Both the position numbers and the translations under genes were made by a program. 64,000 bases of DNA from the human T2T-CHM13v2.0 reference genome, Homo sapiens, in the NCBI RefSeq assembly GCF_009914755.1, contig NC_060929.1. One strand, given 5' to 3'. Below are positions 18,621-31,264 of the stretch, in pieces (position 1 is the first letter of the stretch; every line of letters begins with the position of its first letter). The notes beneath the pieces are model-generated. The model was not told where the DNA came from. It ran no database searches and saw nothing but the letters and a program-made list of their open reading frames with translations.

Positions 18621-19139
18621 ATGAGATTAATAGTTCTTTTGAGTCTTCCTGTTGATTTATTCAAGAATTCTGATGCTGAGGTAGAAGGGAGTGTCAACCA
18701 GATTCACAGCAATTGCAGATAGGATATCTAAAGTGTAATTTAAATGGTCAAAGACCATTACTAATCTATAAAAGACAGTAGAGACGGTTGTACATGAAAA
18801 ATGGCAATTCAAATTTTGCCAGATTTTGTTTCTACTTCCTAATGCATAACTTCAGGGACCTCTATAAAGCTGTTGTTCCAAGTATATTTAGAAGTTCTCA
18901 TAAACTTCTCTCAAAGGATTAGACATAATTTTGTTCTACCAGGATGAAAACACTAGTTATACAGAGTTCAAATGGACAGTCTGCAGTGGCAGAGGGGATT
19001 GAGGCATTCTCAAAAAAAAATGCTCAGGCTGCTGCATGTAGTAATAATAATAATATCAATAAACAGTAATAATAGCTACAATAATATAATAGCAATAGCA
19101 AGAAGAAGGAGGAGAAGGAAAGAGGGGAGAAGGAAACAG

Positions 19140-19360
19140 AAATGCATCTTCTGTATGAGGCACTGTGCTAAGCCTTTACATTCATTATCTCCTGTTATTC
19201 TATATGATAAACTTATGGGAGGAGAAATATTCACCTCTGTTGTTAATGGATCATAACTGGAGACTTAGGAAAATTTAATGATTTGCTTGGGGTCCTACAT
19301 GTAGTCAATTTCACACTGGACATTTGAACTGATGCTTATTTGCTATCATAAGCCACTTAT
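19140..19360 (-). mobile_element. MIR
   Basis: AGGCACTGTGCTAAGCCTTTACATTCATTATCTC..AACTGGAGACTTAGG..GATTTGCTTGGGGTC core motifs. Confidence 0.7.
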
Positions 19361-19879
19361 TTAGAACATTTTTCCTTATTTCGTATCATACACAATGAAG
19401 AGTTTCCAAAAGTGTAGCTGTTTATTCATGCAGTTTTAATGCCAATATTCATAGAGTTTTAGGGATAATAACTTTTTTATGGCATGAAAACTACTACTGC
19501 TCCAACAATTAGTTTTCATCTGAAGCTACTTTTTAAAACATTTTTGTAAGTTCTACAAACTGTTGAGGACTTGTGACTTATAGCAGAGAAAGTCGATGTT
19601 TCTCTAATATTCTCTCTTTCATTATCATGCTATTAGAATCCTTGATTTAAGTTAGTTTTCTGGGAAGCAGATAAGAAGGTGGAATTATTCATGCAAAAAA
19701 CACTGAGGGGAAGAGCCTGTGAAGAATAAAATGGAGAGAGATCTTGAGAAGACTGAGAGAGGCTTCAACTGGGATTCAGTATGACATTTAGGAAATGAGA
19801 AAGGGAGGGAAGGAAGAGCTTCAGAGTGCAGCTCAGCAGTAAGAAAAACTTACCAGCATGATCGAAGATGTCTGTTAGA

Positions 19880-20217
19880 GGCCAGGCGCTGTGGCTGTGG
19901 CTCATGCCTGTAATCCCAGCACTTGGGGAGGTCAAGGCAGGTGGATTGCTTGAGGCCAGGAGTTCAAGACCAGCTTGGCCAACATGGTGAAACCCTGTCT
20001 TTACTAAGAATAAAAAAAAAAAAAAAAAAAAAGCAAAAAGCCAGGTGTGGTGGCACACGCCTGTAATCCCAACTACTCAGGAGGCTGAGGCAGGAGGATC
20101 ACTTGAACCCAGGAGGTGGAGGTTGGAGTGAGCAGAAATCTCACCATTGTACTCCAGCCTGGGTGACAGGGTGAGATTCCATCTTGAAAACAAACGAACA
20201 ACAACAACAACAACAAA
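19880..20217 (+). mobile_element. Alu (AluS/J) with (CAA)n tail, inserted into an old LTR
   Basis: Complete dimer; TSD ATGTCTG(T/A)TAGAG on both sides. Confidence 0.94.
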
Positions 20218-23115
20218 ATATGTCTGATAGAGAAATTGTCAGTAATGGTGGGCAGGAATGGCTGTCAAAAGTTGGTACAACTACCCAGTTGTCTGTGAAT
20301 CTAGGTATGCTTATATATTACTAAGATTAAGCTAATGAGATAGGTTGTAAAATGATGTGCTCAATACTTATGCTTACCCTTTAACTTCCTCCTCCATCTT
20401 TACCTTGCACTGCATTTACAGTAGCAAGCCATCTTGAGTGATGCTTGGGAGAGTGAATAAAGAGGATAGAAAGAGTCAGAGTCCCTGGATAACTTCCAGA
20501 AGTGTCATCACACCAGCCCAGTTAGACGCAAAAAAGAAATGTCTAAACTCATTTTTAAATGCTATTATAGGACTCTTTACACACACAGCTGTGTTTCAAC
20601 CTTAACTGATAAACCTAATCATATTTAGAGATGAACTATAATTTTGCTGAGGCAGCAATGCTTAGAGTATACCAGAAAAAGAGATTTTTAAAAGTAAGTT
20701 AGCCTGTACAAAAATACGGTGACAGTACAAACATGTTTTAACATTGGCCTTGATGTTGCTGTTTTAATGGAAAGAAAAAGAAAGTTAAATACTTTGTCAA
20801 ATTGAAACCAATAGGATTTGCTGACATGATGAAAGAGAAGAAAAATTAATGAAGGATCCAAGATCTTGAAATTGTTGATTGGGTGAATGATGATACCATT
20901 AAACCAAACAGGAAGCATGGAGATGGATCAGGACTATTGGGAAGAAAATGATGAGTTTCGTTTTTGTTGAATTAGATTGAATTGCTGATGAAACATTTAA
21001 ACTTGGTTGTCCCGTGTAAGGGGAAGATTGAATCTGCTCAGCAAGTGAAACAGATTCTTTATGAGCATAATATCTTTTCCTCTAAAACTTTCCTAAACCA
21101 TTAGAGAAAGTTGTGCGTATAAAATAAAGTCATAATGTAGTATTCAGGCTTCCCATTTGTAATGGATGACAGTTTTTTGTTTGTTTTGTTTTTGTTTTAC
21201 ATTTACCACATATAGAAAATATCTTTGGGTTGTACAATGAAATTTTGTGTATTCTGTACATTTTCTGGTTTAACCATTATAAATCAAGTGTTAGAGTAAA
21301 GGCATGACATTCTTTCTTTCATATTATATCTGTATCCAGAGATGTCTAATTCCTTTACACCTTCTCATCTGCCTACATGTTAGAAATCTAGGGAAAATTT
21401 TAGGTAAGGCAAAAATTCTATCTTTTCTCTTATTTATTATTACTTTTAAAATAATCTATTATAAAACTTTTTAAAAATTAAAAATAATTAATCTTCATCA
21501 AATATTATGAATATTTTTGGTTTAAAAGTCAATTTGTATTTTATGTTACAAAAATAGCATTTACTTTTTTAAATCTTGATTTTATATGACAGAGCTGTGA
21601 GATGTGTGATGGTAAATCAGAGTTGTATGATGGTAAATCTCAACATGATTTCAGTTTATATTTATAGATTTAAATTTTTCCACTAGTTAAAAGATGATAT
21701 TGAGCACCTGTATTCATTATTTAACCTCCCTCATTTTAGTTATTGTTTTTTTAATCTTTGTAGTTCTTACTGTTGTGATTTTTTGCCCCAGGTGGAATTA
21801 AATAGGAGTAGATCCAGCCATATCTTTTGGTGATTGATCTAGGGATTTCCTGACAGCTCAGAACATATTTAGTAATTACACCACTCAGACCTGAATATTG
21901 CATTATCTCCAACTGCCTGGAATGAAAATAATTTATCCAACTTGCTGCAAGAAATTCATTTTCACCATAAAGTGATCACTTTTCTTCCTAAATTGCATTA
22001 TCTACTAGTAAAAGTCCAGGAGCCCTTCATCTACAGTCTTTTTCTATTCTGTTCATTTTTATTATCTTTGGCCATTTAATAGCTGAAGGAGAAGGTAGAC
22101 AATGTTTTGGGCCTGCATTGTTTATCTTACTATCTGTCAGTGCAATAGAGATTTAGATTGTGTAACTTGATACAACAGTGCAAGACAAGTTAAGCAACAG
22201 GATTTCAGAATGTCTCCACCTAAGTTATACCTGTCCTACACAATTAAGTTCTCCAAGATACATTTAATTATGAAGGAAAGGCTATGAAAAAAAAAATACT
22301 GCAATCCAAAGAAATTAGTTTCCAATCTTATTCTGCTGAATCTTCAATAACCAAATCGACTTTATATATTTCCTTAGATCTTGGTAAAAGAGGAAAACAA
22401 ACATTACAAATTGACATTGTTTTTCCATTTTAATATTTACATGAGATTAACTTGTGAGGATTTTATTTACACCTCATTGAACAAGTAAAAATAAAATAAA
22501 TTAGGGATAATAAAATATACACATTAGAGGCACATATTATTCTTTGTTCTATAGAAGACATTAAATGTTTAAAAACAAATTCAGCTTAAAAAGTTTAAAG
22601 AACTTTTGAGAAACTTTATTTTAGTGCTTATCTAGGAATCCAGATATTGTACATTTTTTATGTAGGTGAATAAGATTAAGACATAACAAATTTAATATGT
22701 TGATACATTTTAATTTACTCAATTGCCTTAGATTATAAAAATTAATTAAAGAGATTTCCATAATGTTCTTATATCGTAATGAATTAATTGCTCTTTAAAT
22801 ATTTCCTCTTTAAATTTTCAATAGAATACTTAGTAGCTTTTAATTTTTACATATATTATATATTCTCAAGCTGCCATTTCTATTACAACATGTGTTTGTG
22901 CCTGGGAGTATAATATATGATCCAAATAAGAGCTTTCCTTAAGTTTAAAAATAATATGATTAACTCTATGAAAATATTTTGACTAGTATCCATTGAAACA
23001 GGATATAAATATAAAATGTGATATATATTTCATGAATAATAATGTAAGCATAAAAACATTGTATTATAATAATATACAATGTTTAACAAATCTTTTTGAC
23101 TTCATGAATTTCAAA

Positions 23116-23405
23116 TTTTTTTATTATACTTTAAGTTTTAGGGTACATGTGCACAATGTGCAGGTTAGTTACATAGGTATACATGTGCCATGTTGTGTGC
23201 TGAACCCAGTAACTCGTCATTTAACATTAGGTATATCTCCAAATGCTATCCCTCTCCCCTCCCCCCACCCCACAACAGGCCCCGGTGTTTGATGTTCCCC
23301 TTCCTGTGTCCATGTGTTCTCATTGTTCAATTCCCACCTATGAGTAAGAACATGCGGTGTTTGTTTTTTTTTCCTTGGGATAGTTTGCTGAGAATGATGG
23401 TTTCC
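23116..23405 (-). mobile_element. 5'-truncated L1PA 3' end
   Basis: TTATTATACTTTAAGTTTTAGGGTACATGTGCAC..TTTGCTGAGAATGATGGTTTCC. Confidence 0.92.
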
Positions 23406-23439
23406 CCCTTCAATCATGATTTATCTACAGCACATTTTT

Positions 23440-23650
23440 ATGTCTATAAGGCCAAGACACACAGATATCCCCCAGAGGCTGCAAAAGGCAAGGAAGCGGA
23501 TTGTCTACTACAGCCTTCAGAAAGAAATACCAACTTGCTGATACTTTAGTTTTTGCCCATGAGATCCATGTTAGACTTCTGACTCCCAGAATTGTAGGTT
23601 GATAAATTTACGTTGTTGTAAGCACTTTTTACAGTAAATTACATTAGCTA
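23440..23650 (+). mobile_element. MLT1 (MaLR) LTR fragment
   Basis: AAGGCAAGGAAGCGGATT..CAGCCTTCAGAAAG..GACTTCTGACTCCCAGAATTGTA..ATAAATTT..TAAGC. Confidence 0.75.
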
Positions 23651-24063
23651 TAAATGATAAAAAAAGGAGACAGTGACTGAAGGATAAAATAGGAGGAAAT
23701 TTCAGGCAGAGGAATTAAGATATAAAGGGCCTTAGTATATAAAACAACTTGAACTGGACGAAATGTTTTGCAAATCTGAAACTATTTTAAAATATAAAAT
23801 TGATTTTTAAAATTTCCAATGACAAAACAAGTTTTTATGAATCTTTTAGGGTTTTTACTATGAAGGCTCTCTGAGACTTTATTCTTTTTTATAGGCCTCA
23901 TTTATGTATTTGTTCAAGAATATAGGTATTTTACAAATAAAGACATAGATATCACAAATTTGATTTATAAAAGTTTCTTATGTTTCTTCTGCTGGAAAAT
24001 ATTTTGAAAACAGGTATTTCTATCCTTTCTTTTTTGGTACATGCATTTGTGACTTTTCTCTTT

Positions 24064-27000
24064 TTTTTTACTTTGTGATGAGAATTTTTTTAATATTATT
24101 ATACTTTAAGTTCTGGGATACAAATGCAGAATGTGCAGGTTTGTTACATAGTTATACATGTGCCATAGTGGTTTGCTGCACCCATCGACCCATCATCTAC
24201 ATTAGGTATTTCTCCTAATGCAATCCCTCCCCTAGCCCTCCACCCTCCGACAAGCCCTGGTGTGTGATGCTCCCCTCCTTGTGTCCATGTGTTCTCATTG
24301 TTCAACCCCCACTTATGAGTGAGAACATGTGGTGTATGGTTTTCTGTTCCTGTGTTAGCTTTCCAAGAATGATGGTTTCCAGCTTTATGTCCCTGCAAAA
24401 AAACATGAACTCATCCTTTTTTATGGCTGCATAGTATTCCATGGTGTACATGTGCCACATTTTCTTTATCCAGTCTCATTGATGGGCATTTGGATTAGTT
24501 CCAAGTCTTTGCTGTTGTGAATAGTGCTGCAGTAAACATATGTATGCATGTGTCTTTATAATAGAATGATTTATAATTCTTTGGGTATATACCCAGTAAT
24601 GGGATTGCTGGGTCAAATGGAATTTCTGGTTCTAGATCCTTGAGGAATTGCCACACTGTCTTCCATAATGGTTGAACTAATTTACACTCCCACCAACAGT
24701 GTAAAAGCATTCCTATTTCTCCACATATTCTCCAGCATCTGTTGTTTCCTGACTTTTTAATGATTCCCATTTTAACTGGTGTGAGATGGTATCTCATTGT
24801 GGTTTTGATTTGCAGTTTCTCTAATGACCAGTGATGATGAACTTTTTTTTAAATGTTTGTTGGTCACATAAATGTCTTCTTTTGAGAAGAGTCTGTTCAT
24901 ATCCTTTACCCACTTTTTGATTTTTTTTTTTGTAAATTTGTTTAAGTTTCTCGTATATTCTGGATATTAGCCCTTTGTCAGATGGATAGATTGCAAACAT
25001 TTTCTCCCATCCTTAAGGTTGCCTGTTCAGTCTGATGATAGTTTCTTTTGCTGTGCAGAAGCTCTTTAATTTAATTAGGTCCCATTGGTCAATTCTGGCT
25101 TTCATTGCCATTGCTTTTGGTGTTTTAGTCATGAAGTCTTTGCCCATGCCTATGTCCTGAATGGTATTGCCTAGTTTTCTTCTAGGGTTTTTATGGTTTT
25201 AGGTTTTACGTTTAAGTCTTTAATCCTTCTTGAGTTACTTTTTGTATAAGGTGCAAGGAAGGGTTCCAGTTACAGTTTTCTGCATATGGCTACCCAGTTT
25301 TCCAAACAGCATTAATTAAATAGGGAATCATTCTCCCTGTGCTTGTTTTTGTCAGGTTTGTTAAAGATCAGATGGTTGTAGATGTGTGACATTATTTCTG
25401 AGTCCTCTGTTCTGTTTCCTTGGTCTATATTTTTGTTTTGGTATCAGTACCATGCTGTTTTGGTTACTGTAGCCTTGTAGTACAGTTTGAAGTCAGATAG
25501 GGTGATACCTCCATCTTTGTTTGTTTGTTTGTTTGTTTGTTTTTCTAGGATTGTCTTTGCTATGTGGGCTCTTTTTTGGTTCCATATGAAATTTAAAGTA
25601 GTTTTTTTTTTCTAATTCTGTGAAGAAATTCAGTGGTGCTTGACAGGGATACCATTGAATCTATAAATTACTTTGGGCAGTATGGACAGTTTCACAATAT
25701 TAATTCTTCCTATCCACAAGCATGGAATGTTTTTCCATTTGTTTGTGTCCTCTCTTATTTCCTTGAGCAGTGGTTTGTAGTTCTCCTTGAAGAGGTCTTT
25801 CACATCCCTTGTAAGTTGTATTCCTAGGTATTTTATTCTCTTTGTAGCAATTGTGAATGGGAGTTCACTCATGATTTAGCTCTCTGTCTATTACTGGTGT
25901 ATAGGAATGCTTGTGATTTCTGTGCATTCATTTCGTATCCTGAGACTTTGCTGAAGTTGCTTATCAGGTTAAGGAGATTTTGGGCTAAGAAGATGGGGTT
26001 TTCTAAATATGCAATCATGTCATCTGCAAACAGAGACAATTTGACTTTCTCTATTCCTATTTGAATACCATTTATTTATTTTTCTTGCCTGATTGACCTG
26101 GCCAGAACTTCCAATATTATGTTGAATAGGAGTGGTGAGAGAGTGCATCCTTGTCTTGTACTGGTTTTCAAAGGGAATGCTTTCAGCTTTTGCCCATTCA
26201 GTATGATATTGGCTGCAGAACAAAGCGAGAAAGATCTAAAATTGACACCCTAACATCACAATTAAACAAACTATAGAAGCAAGAGCACACAAATTTAAAA
26301 GTTAGCAGAAGACAAGAAATAACAGATCAGAGCAGAACTGAAGGAAATAGAAACACAAAAAATGCTTCAAAACATCAATGAATCCAGGAGCTGTTTTTTT
26401 GAGAAGATTAACAAAATAGAGAGGCCACTAGCCCAACTAATAAAGACGAAAAGTGAGAAGAATCAAATAGACACAATAAAAAATGATAAAGCGGATATCA
26501 CCACTGATCCCACAGAAATACAAACTACCATCAGAGAATACCATAAACACTTCAATGCAAATAAACTAGAAAATCTAGAATAAATGGATAAATTCCTGGA
26601 CATATATACCCTCCCGAGACCAAACCAGAAAGAAGTCAAATCCTGGAATAGACCAATAACAAGTACTGAAATTGGGGCAGTAATTAATAGCCTACCAACC
26701 AAAAAAAGCCGAATTTCCTTCTGAAACTATTCCAAACAATAGAAAAAGAGTGACTCCTCCCTAACTAATTTTATAAGGCCAGTGTTATCCTGATACCAAA
26801 ACCTGGAAGAGACAGGACAAAAAAACGAAATTTCAGGCCAATATCCCTGATGAACATCAATGTGAAAGTCCTCAATAAAATACTGGCAAATTGAATCCAG
26901 CAGCACATCAAAAAGCTTATCCACCATGACCAAGTTGGCTTCATCACTGGGATGCAAGGTTGGTTCATCACACACAAATCAATAAACATAATCTATCACG

Positions 27001-27158
27001 TAAGCAGAACCAATGAGAAAAATCACATGATTATCTCAATAGATGCAGAAAAGGCCTTCGATAACATTTAACACCTCTTCATGCTAAAAACTTTCAATAA
27101 ACTAGGTATTGAGGGAATGTATCTCAAAATAATAAGAGCTATTTATGACAAACCCACA
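24064..27158 (-). mobile_element. L1PA (about L1PA7/8) with 5' inversion: minus 24064-26216, plus 26217-27158
   Basis: ORF2 fragments on both strands (ORFs 24495-24797 -, 25630-25872 -, 26362-26583 +); TSD GTGACTT(T/C)TCTCTTT at 24049-24063 and 27159-27173. Confidence 0.93.
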
Positions 27159-28456
27159 GTGACTTCTCTCTTTGATTCATAGAGTGGCAATTCCAAACAT
27201 CTCTTTTAAAGTTTGGAATAAAGATGTCTGCCATGATGTGTCAGTGTAACCTGAATGTTACATCCCTGGGATAAATGACTTTACTTCTTCTATTAGTGCC
27301 AAGATAATTGACAACAATATTAATTGTCACAGTTATGCAAAAATAAGTTTACACTTCATTTTTGGGACATTGAGAGATGGAAAAGACTAAGGACTTGGAA
27401 TATCAGGAGGTGGAAAGATAGATTACCATTTATAAAGGCTCTCCATTTCAAGATCAAGGAATCATTGTCACATGACAAATGACTTAGAGTTTGGTTTTAT
27501 AAGGCAAGGATTTTCAGGAACATCTCAAAACAGATATCTTGAGGTAACTCAGAAGCTTTTTAACACTGAGAAGCTGTGAAAAGGAATTGAAGCCAATGGA
27601 GGACATTGAAGTGTTATGTAATATTAGGGTGAAAAGTGGAGAGTATGCCATCAGAAGAAACAACATAGAAAGCTGAGACTGGAATATGGGGTGGAGGCAG
27701 AGCACATAAGACTGATCTTTTACATTTTATACAGTGCAAAACTAATGCCTAATTTCATAATTATGTGAGTGTATGACTTACATTTAAAAATTATTTTTAA
27801 AACTTTACTTTTTAAGTGTATTTACATTTCTAGCTATTTTTATCCCCTGAAACTGAAACTTCATTGAAAGGATATCATCGATATTGCCAAAAGAAAATAT
27901 AAGAAAATATAATATTTTTCATGTTTGATATATGTGAAGTTGATTTAAAATAACTGGTGTGGCTGTTTGTACACATATACTAACATATACTAATTGAATG
28001 GCATTTTCTTTAAAATAATTTCCTGACAGCACCATTTTTCTGTGTGAAGGCTGTTTCCTTTCTCTCTACTTTTCCTTGGTGTCACACTTTGGTCTTGCTT
28101 CCCATTTCTTGTTCTTACATTGCATTAATTTTTTTCTGCTTATTCTTATATTCTCCCTGAGATGTCAATAATGATATGGTCCTACCAAATCAACTTGACA
28201 TAGACAAAACAAATATAACCAGCTGTCGTCATCATGTCTCCCTGCTGTGCACTTTTTAAGCTGAACTGCCTAGAAAAATTACTTGTAAACTTCCCCAACT
28301 GCTTTACAATAAAACAAGAATTATCCTTATATAATAGAGAGAGAGCAAAGTTTCACACAGCACAAAATGTTGTTAGAGTCCATATCAAAACAGTGAATAA
28401 TTAAGGTGCATATCTAATGTAAATTGCAAAATATATTTATACTATCAGCATCTTCA

Positions 28457-28815
28457 TGTATCAGTCTATTTTTACACTGCTTATAAAGACATACCTGACA
28501 CTGGGTTATTTATGAAGAAAAAAAGTTTAATGGACTCACAGTTCCATGTGGCTGCGGATGCCTCACCTTCATGGAGGAAAGTGAAACGCACATTTTACAC
28601 GGTGGCAGACAAGAGAATGAGAACCAAGCAAAAGGGGTTTCCCCTTAAAAAACCATTCTATCTTGTGAGACTTATTTACTACCAGGAGAACAGTATGGGG
28701 GAAACTGCCCCCAAGACTCAGTTACCTCCCACTGGGTCCCTCTCACAATATGTGGGAATTATGGGAGCTACAATTCAAGATGAAATTTGGATGAGGATAC
28801 AGCCAAACCCTATAA
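28457..28815 (-). mobile_element. THE1 (MaLR) solo LTR
   Basis: TGTATCAGTCTATTTTTACACTGCT..AATGGACTCACAGTTCCATGTGGCTG..GGGAGCTACAATTCAAGATGA..ACAGCCAAACCCTATAA. Confidence 0.9.
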
Positions 28816-30559
28816 CTCCATAACTTCAGGAATTATAGAATCAATCCAATTGAAATTAAACATGCCTAGTTTTCTATTTGTTTTTCTGAAGACTGTTAAA
28901 ACCCAGATACACTGAAGGGTTCTTGGAGGCAGTTAACGGCAAGTGAAGAAAAGCTCTCCTCACTGTAATTCGGTGTCACTAGTTTGTCTACTCTGGCAGT
29001 CGGACTAGGGAGCATAGTGTTTTACAGCAGATGGGACTTTTAATGCTCAGTCAGCTAGTGACAGTGGGTAGACCAGCAAAAGCAGCCCCTTGGAGGTATA
29101 TTTAATGTGACACAAGATTTGGTTGAGAGACCTGTAACCGTTAGAGATGAAGGTTATAAAAGTCAATTCATAGAGTGAAATCAAAATGAGTCGGAATAAT
29201 GGGCTGAAGCAGTCACATTGAAATGTATTTTCACTTTTCCAATTTTCTTTATGTTTCTAAACTTATAATCTTACTCTCTCTATTACACATGTACTTTTAT
29301 CTATCACTTTTCTTCCAAGGAATTTAGAATGCCAGATCATCAATCATCCAAACAGACTTAGAAGACACAAAAAGTTATTGTTATTCCCCTTTTTCAGATA
29401 AAAAAAGAAAATTGAAGGGGCAGCTAAATAATTTTTCCCCTAGGTCACTCCAAGAAGTCACTGGCAAAATCAAGAGGGATTTCAAGGTCTTTTGTGGCCC
29501 ATATCCACAAGTATAAGATGAAAGTGTGAGATAATAACACGAACAGAATCCAAATAAGCTGTCAATGAAGTTCAAATTTCTCTTGCTCTTCTGCTGGGAA
29601 TAAACAAAAAACAGATTTTGTTTATCAACGTGTGTTCATTTTGTGTTTATATGAATAATGTTCTTGAAATAGAAGGTGCTATAAATAAGTATATATGTTC
29701 ATATATATACCTATATGTTTTGACATAATTATACTTTTGTTTTTTCTCAAATATGCTATTTTCCCCCACATATTTCCATTCTAAATCCTTTTTTGAATAT
29801 TCACTATACTATGTTCAGAATTCAGTTGTAAAATTCTGTTATATCTAATATTCTATTTTACTGATTATAAAATTACAGGACAATTTTACAATATTGGGAA
29901 ATATACAAAGGCTCAGTCTGTGAGTCTACAGATACTGCTGCCTTTGAAATGAAGTGACCCTTTTTCCTATTTATCTATGTATTTTCTTACAAAATGAAAT
30001 TATTGGACTTCAGGATTCAGAGGAAAGGTTTAAAGCTCTCATGAGTGTTACTGTCAGGTTTATTAAGAAAGGTGCTTCTTATTGCAAATTATAAATTACC
30101 TTTTCTCTTGAAGACATGAGAAAACTGACATTATAAGGCTGACAACTAATCCTAAACCTGAAGAGAGACAGGCATTCTCTGGGAGAAAAAAGATTCCATC
30201 ATTTGCTTTCTTCAGGCAAATGCTGTGGAACCCCATATAAGCAGTAAAATGATTAAGCTAGAAGTGTTTAACAAATTGCCAAAGGCTAAGTGTGGAATAG
30301 TGAACCAATGTGAAGACTCTAGTTTCTGCAGACATATGGGAGTTGTATGTCTGCAGAAGCCAGGATCTTCACACTGGTACACTATTCAACACTTGTTACA
30401 TTATTACACTGTGAAGTTTTTTGCAGGTTTTCCCAGTATGATTACCACCGGGTGCTCCCAGATTAGATAAGGAGACATTCATTAGCCAGAAAGAAAACAG
30501 TTTTGTTTCAACTTGTATATCTTCAAAGAGATAATATGCTTCAGAAATGAAATGAATGA

Positions 30560-31262
30560 AGATGAAATATAATATTTTAATTTTACTTTTAATTTCTCTA
30601 AAATAAACTTTTCATAAAAAGTTGTAGAAATATAGTATGTTCATAACATGAAAACTTGAAAGTTTTGACTGTAATGACACATAGAAGGGGATGGATTTAT
30701 TGGGAATATTATGGTGCAAGTCTACTATTCTATAAATAAAACCATATAGTATTATTTAAGGGTGGATTCAGATTATTTCAAAATATAAGTTGAAAACCCA
30801 AGACGATCATTTAAAGAAATTTTTTTAAAAGATGGATATATTGTCCTAGTTAAAGAGGGTAATGACATGACGGTCAGGTTTCAAGAAGCCATAATAATCT
30901 TAATTATGTATATAATATACACTAATACATCAAACTATATGAGGTAAAAATAAACAGATTTGAACAGAGAAATATCCACAATTATCACTGGAAACTTTAA
31001 CACTACTGTCCCAGAAATTGATAGGCCCATTAGGCAGAATGTCAATACAGATATAGATAACCTGAAAAACACTATCAGCCAACTTGACATGATTGACATT
31101 TGCAGAACATTTTACCCAACAACAAATGAATATACATTCTTCTCCTGTGCACATGCAGCATTTATAAAGAAAGATCATCTTCTGGCTGCAACACAAACCT
31201 TAGCAAGCTTAAAATAATGCAAATCATATAGTGCATATTTTTAAAAGATAATATAATTAAAC
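30560..31262 (+). mobile_element. Old L1M ORF2 endonuclease region
   Basis: ORF 30960-31217 has TIITGNFNT..IDICRTFYP..YTFFS.AH....K.DH, an L1 endonuclease signature. Confidence 0.85.
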
Positions 31263-31264
31263 CT

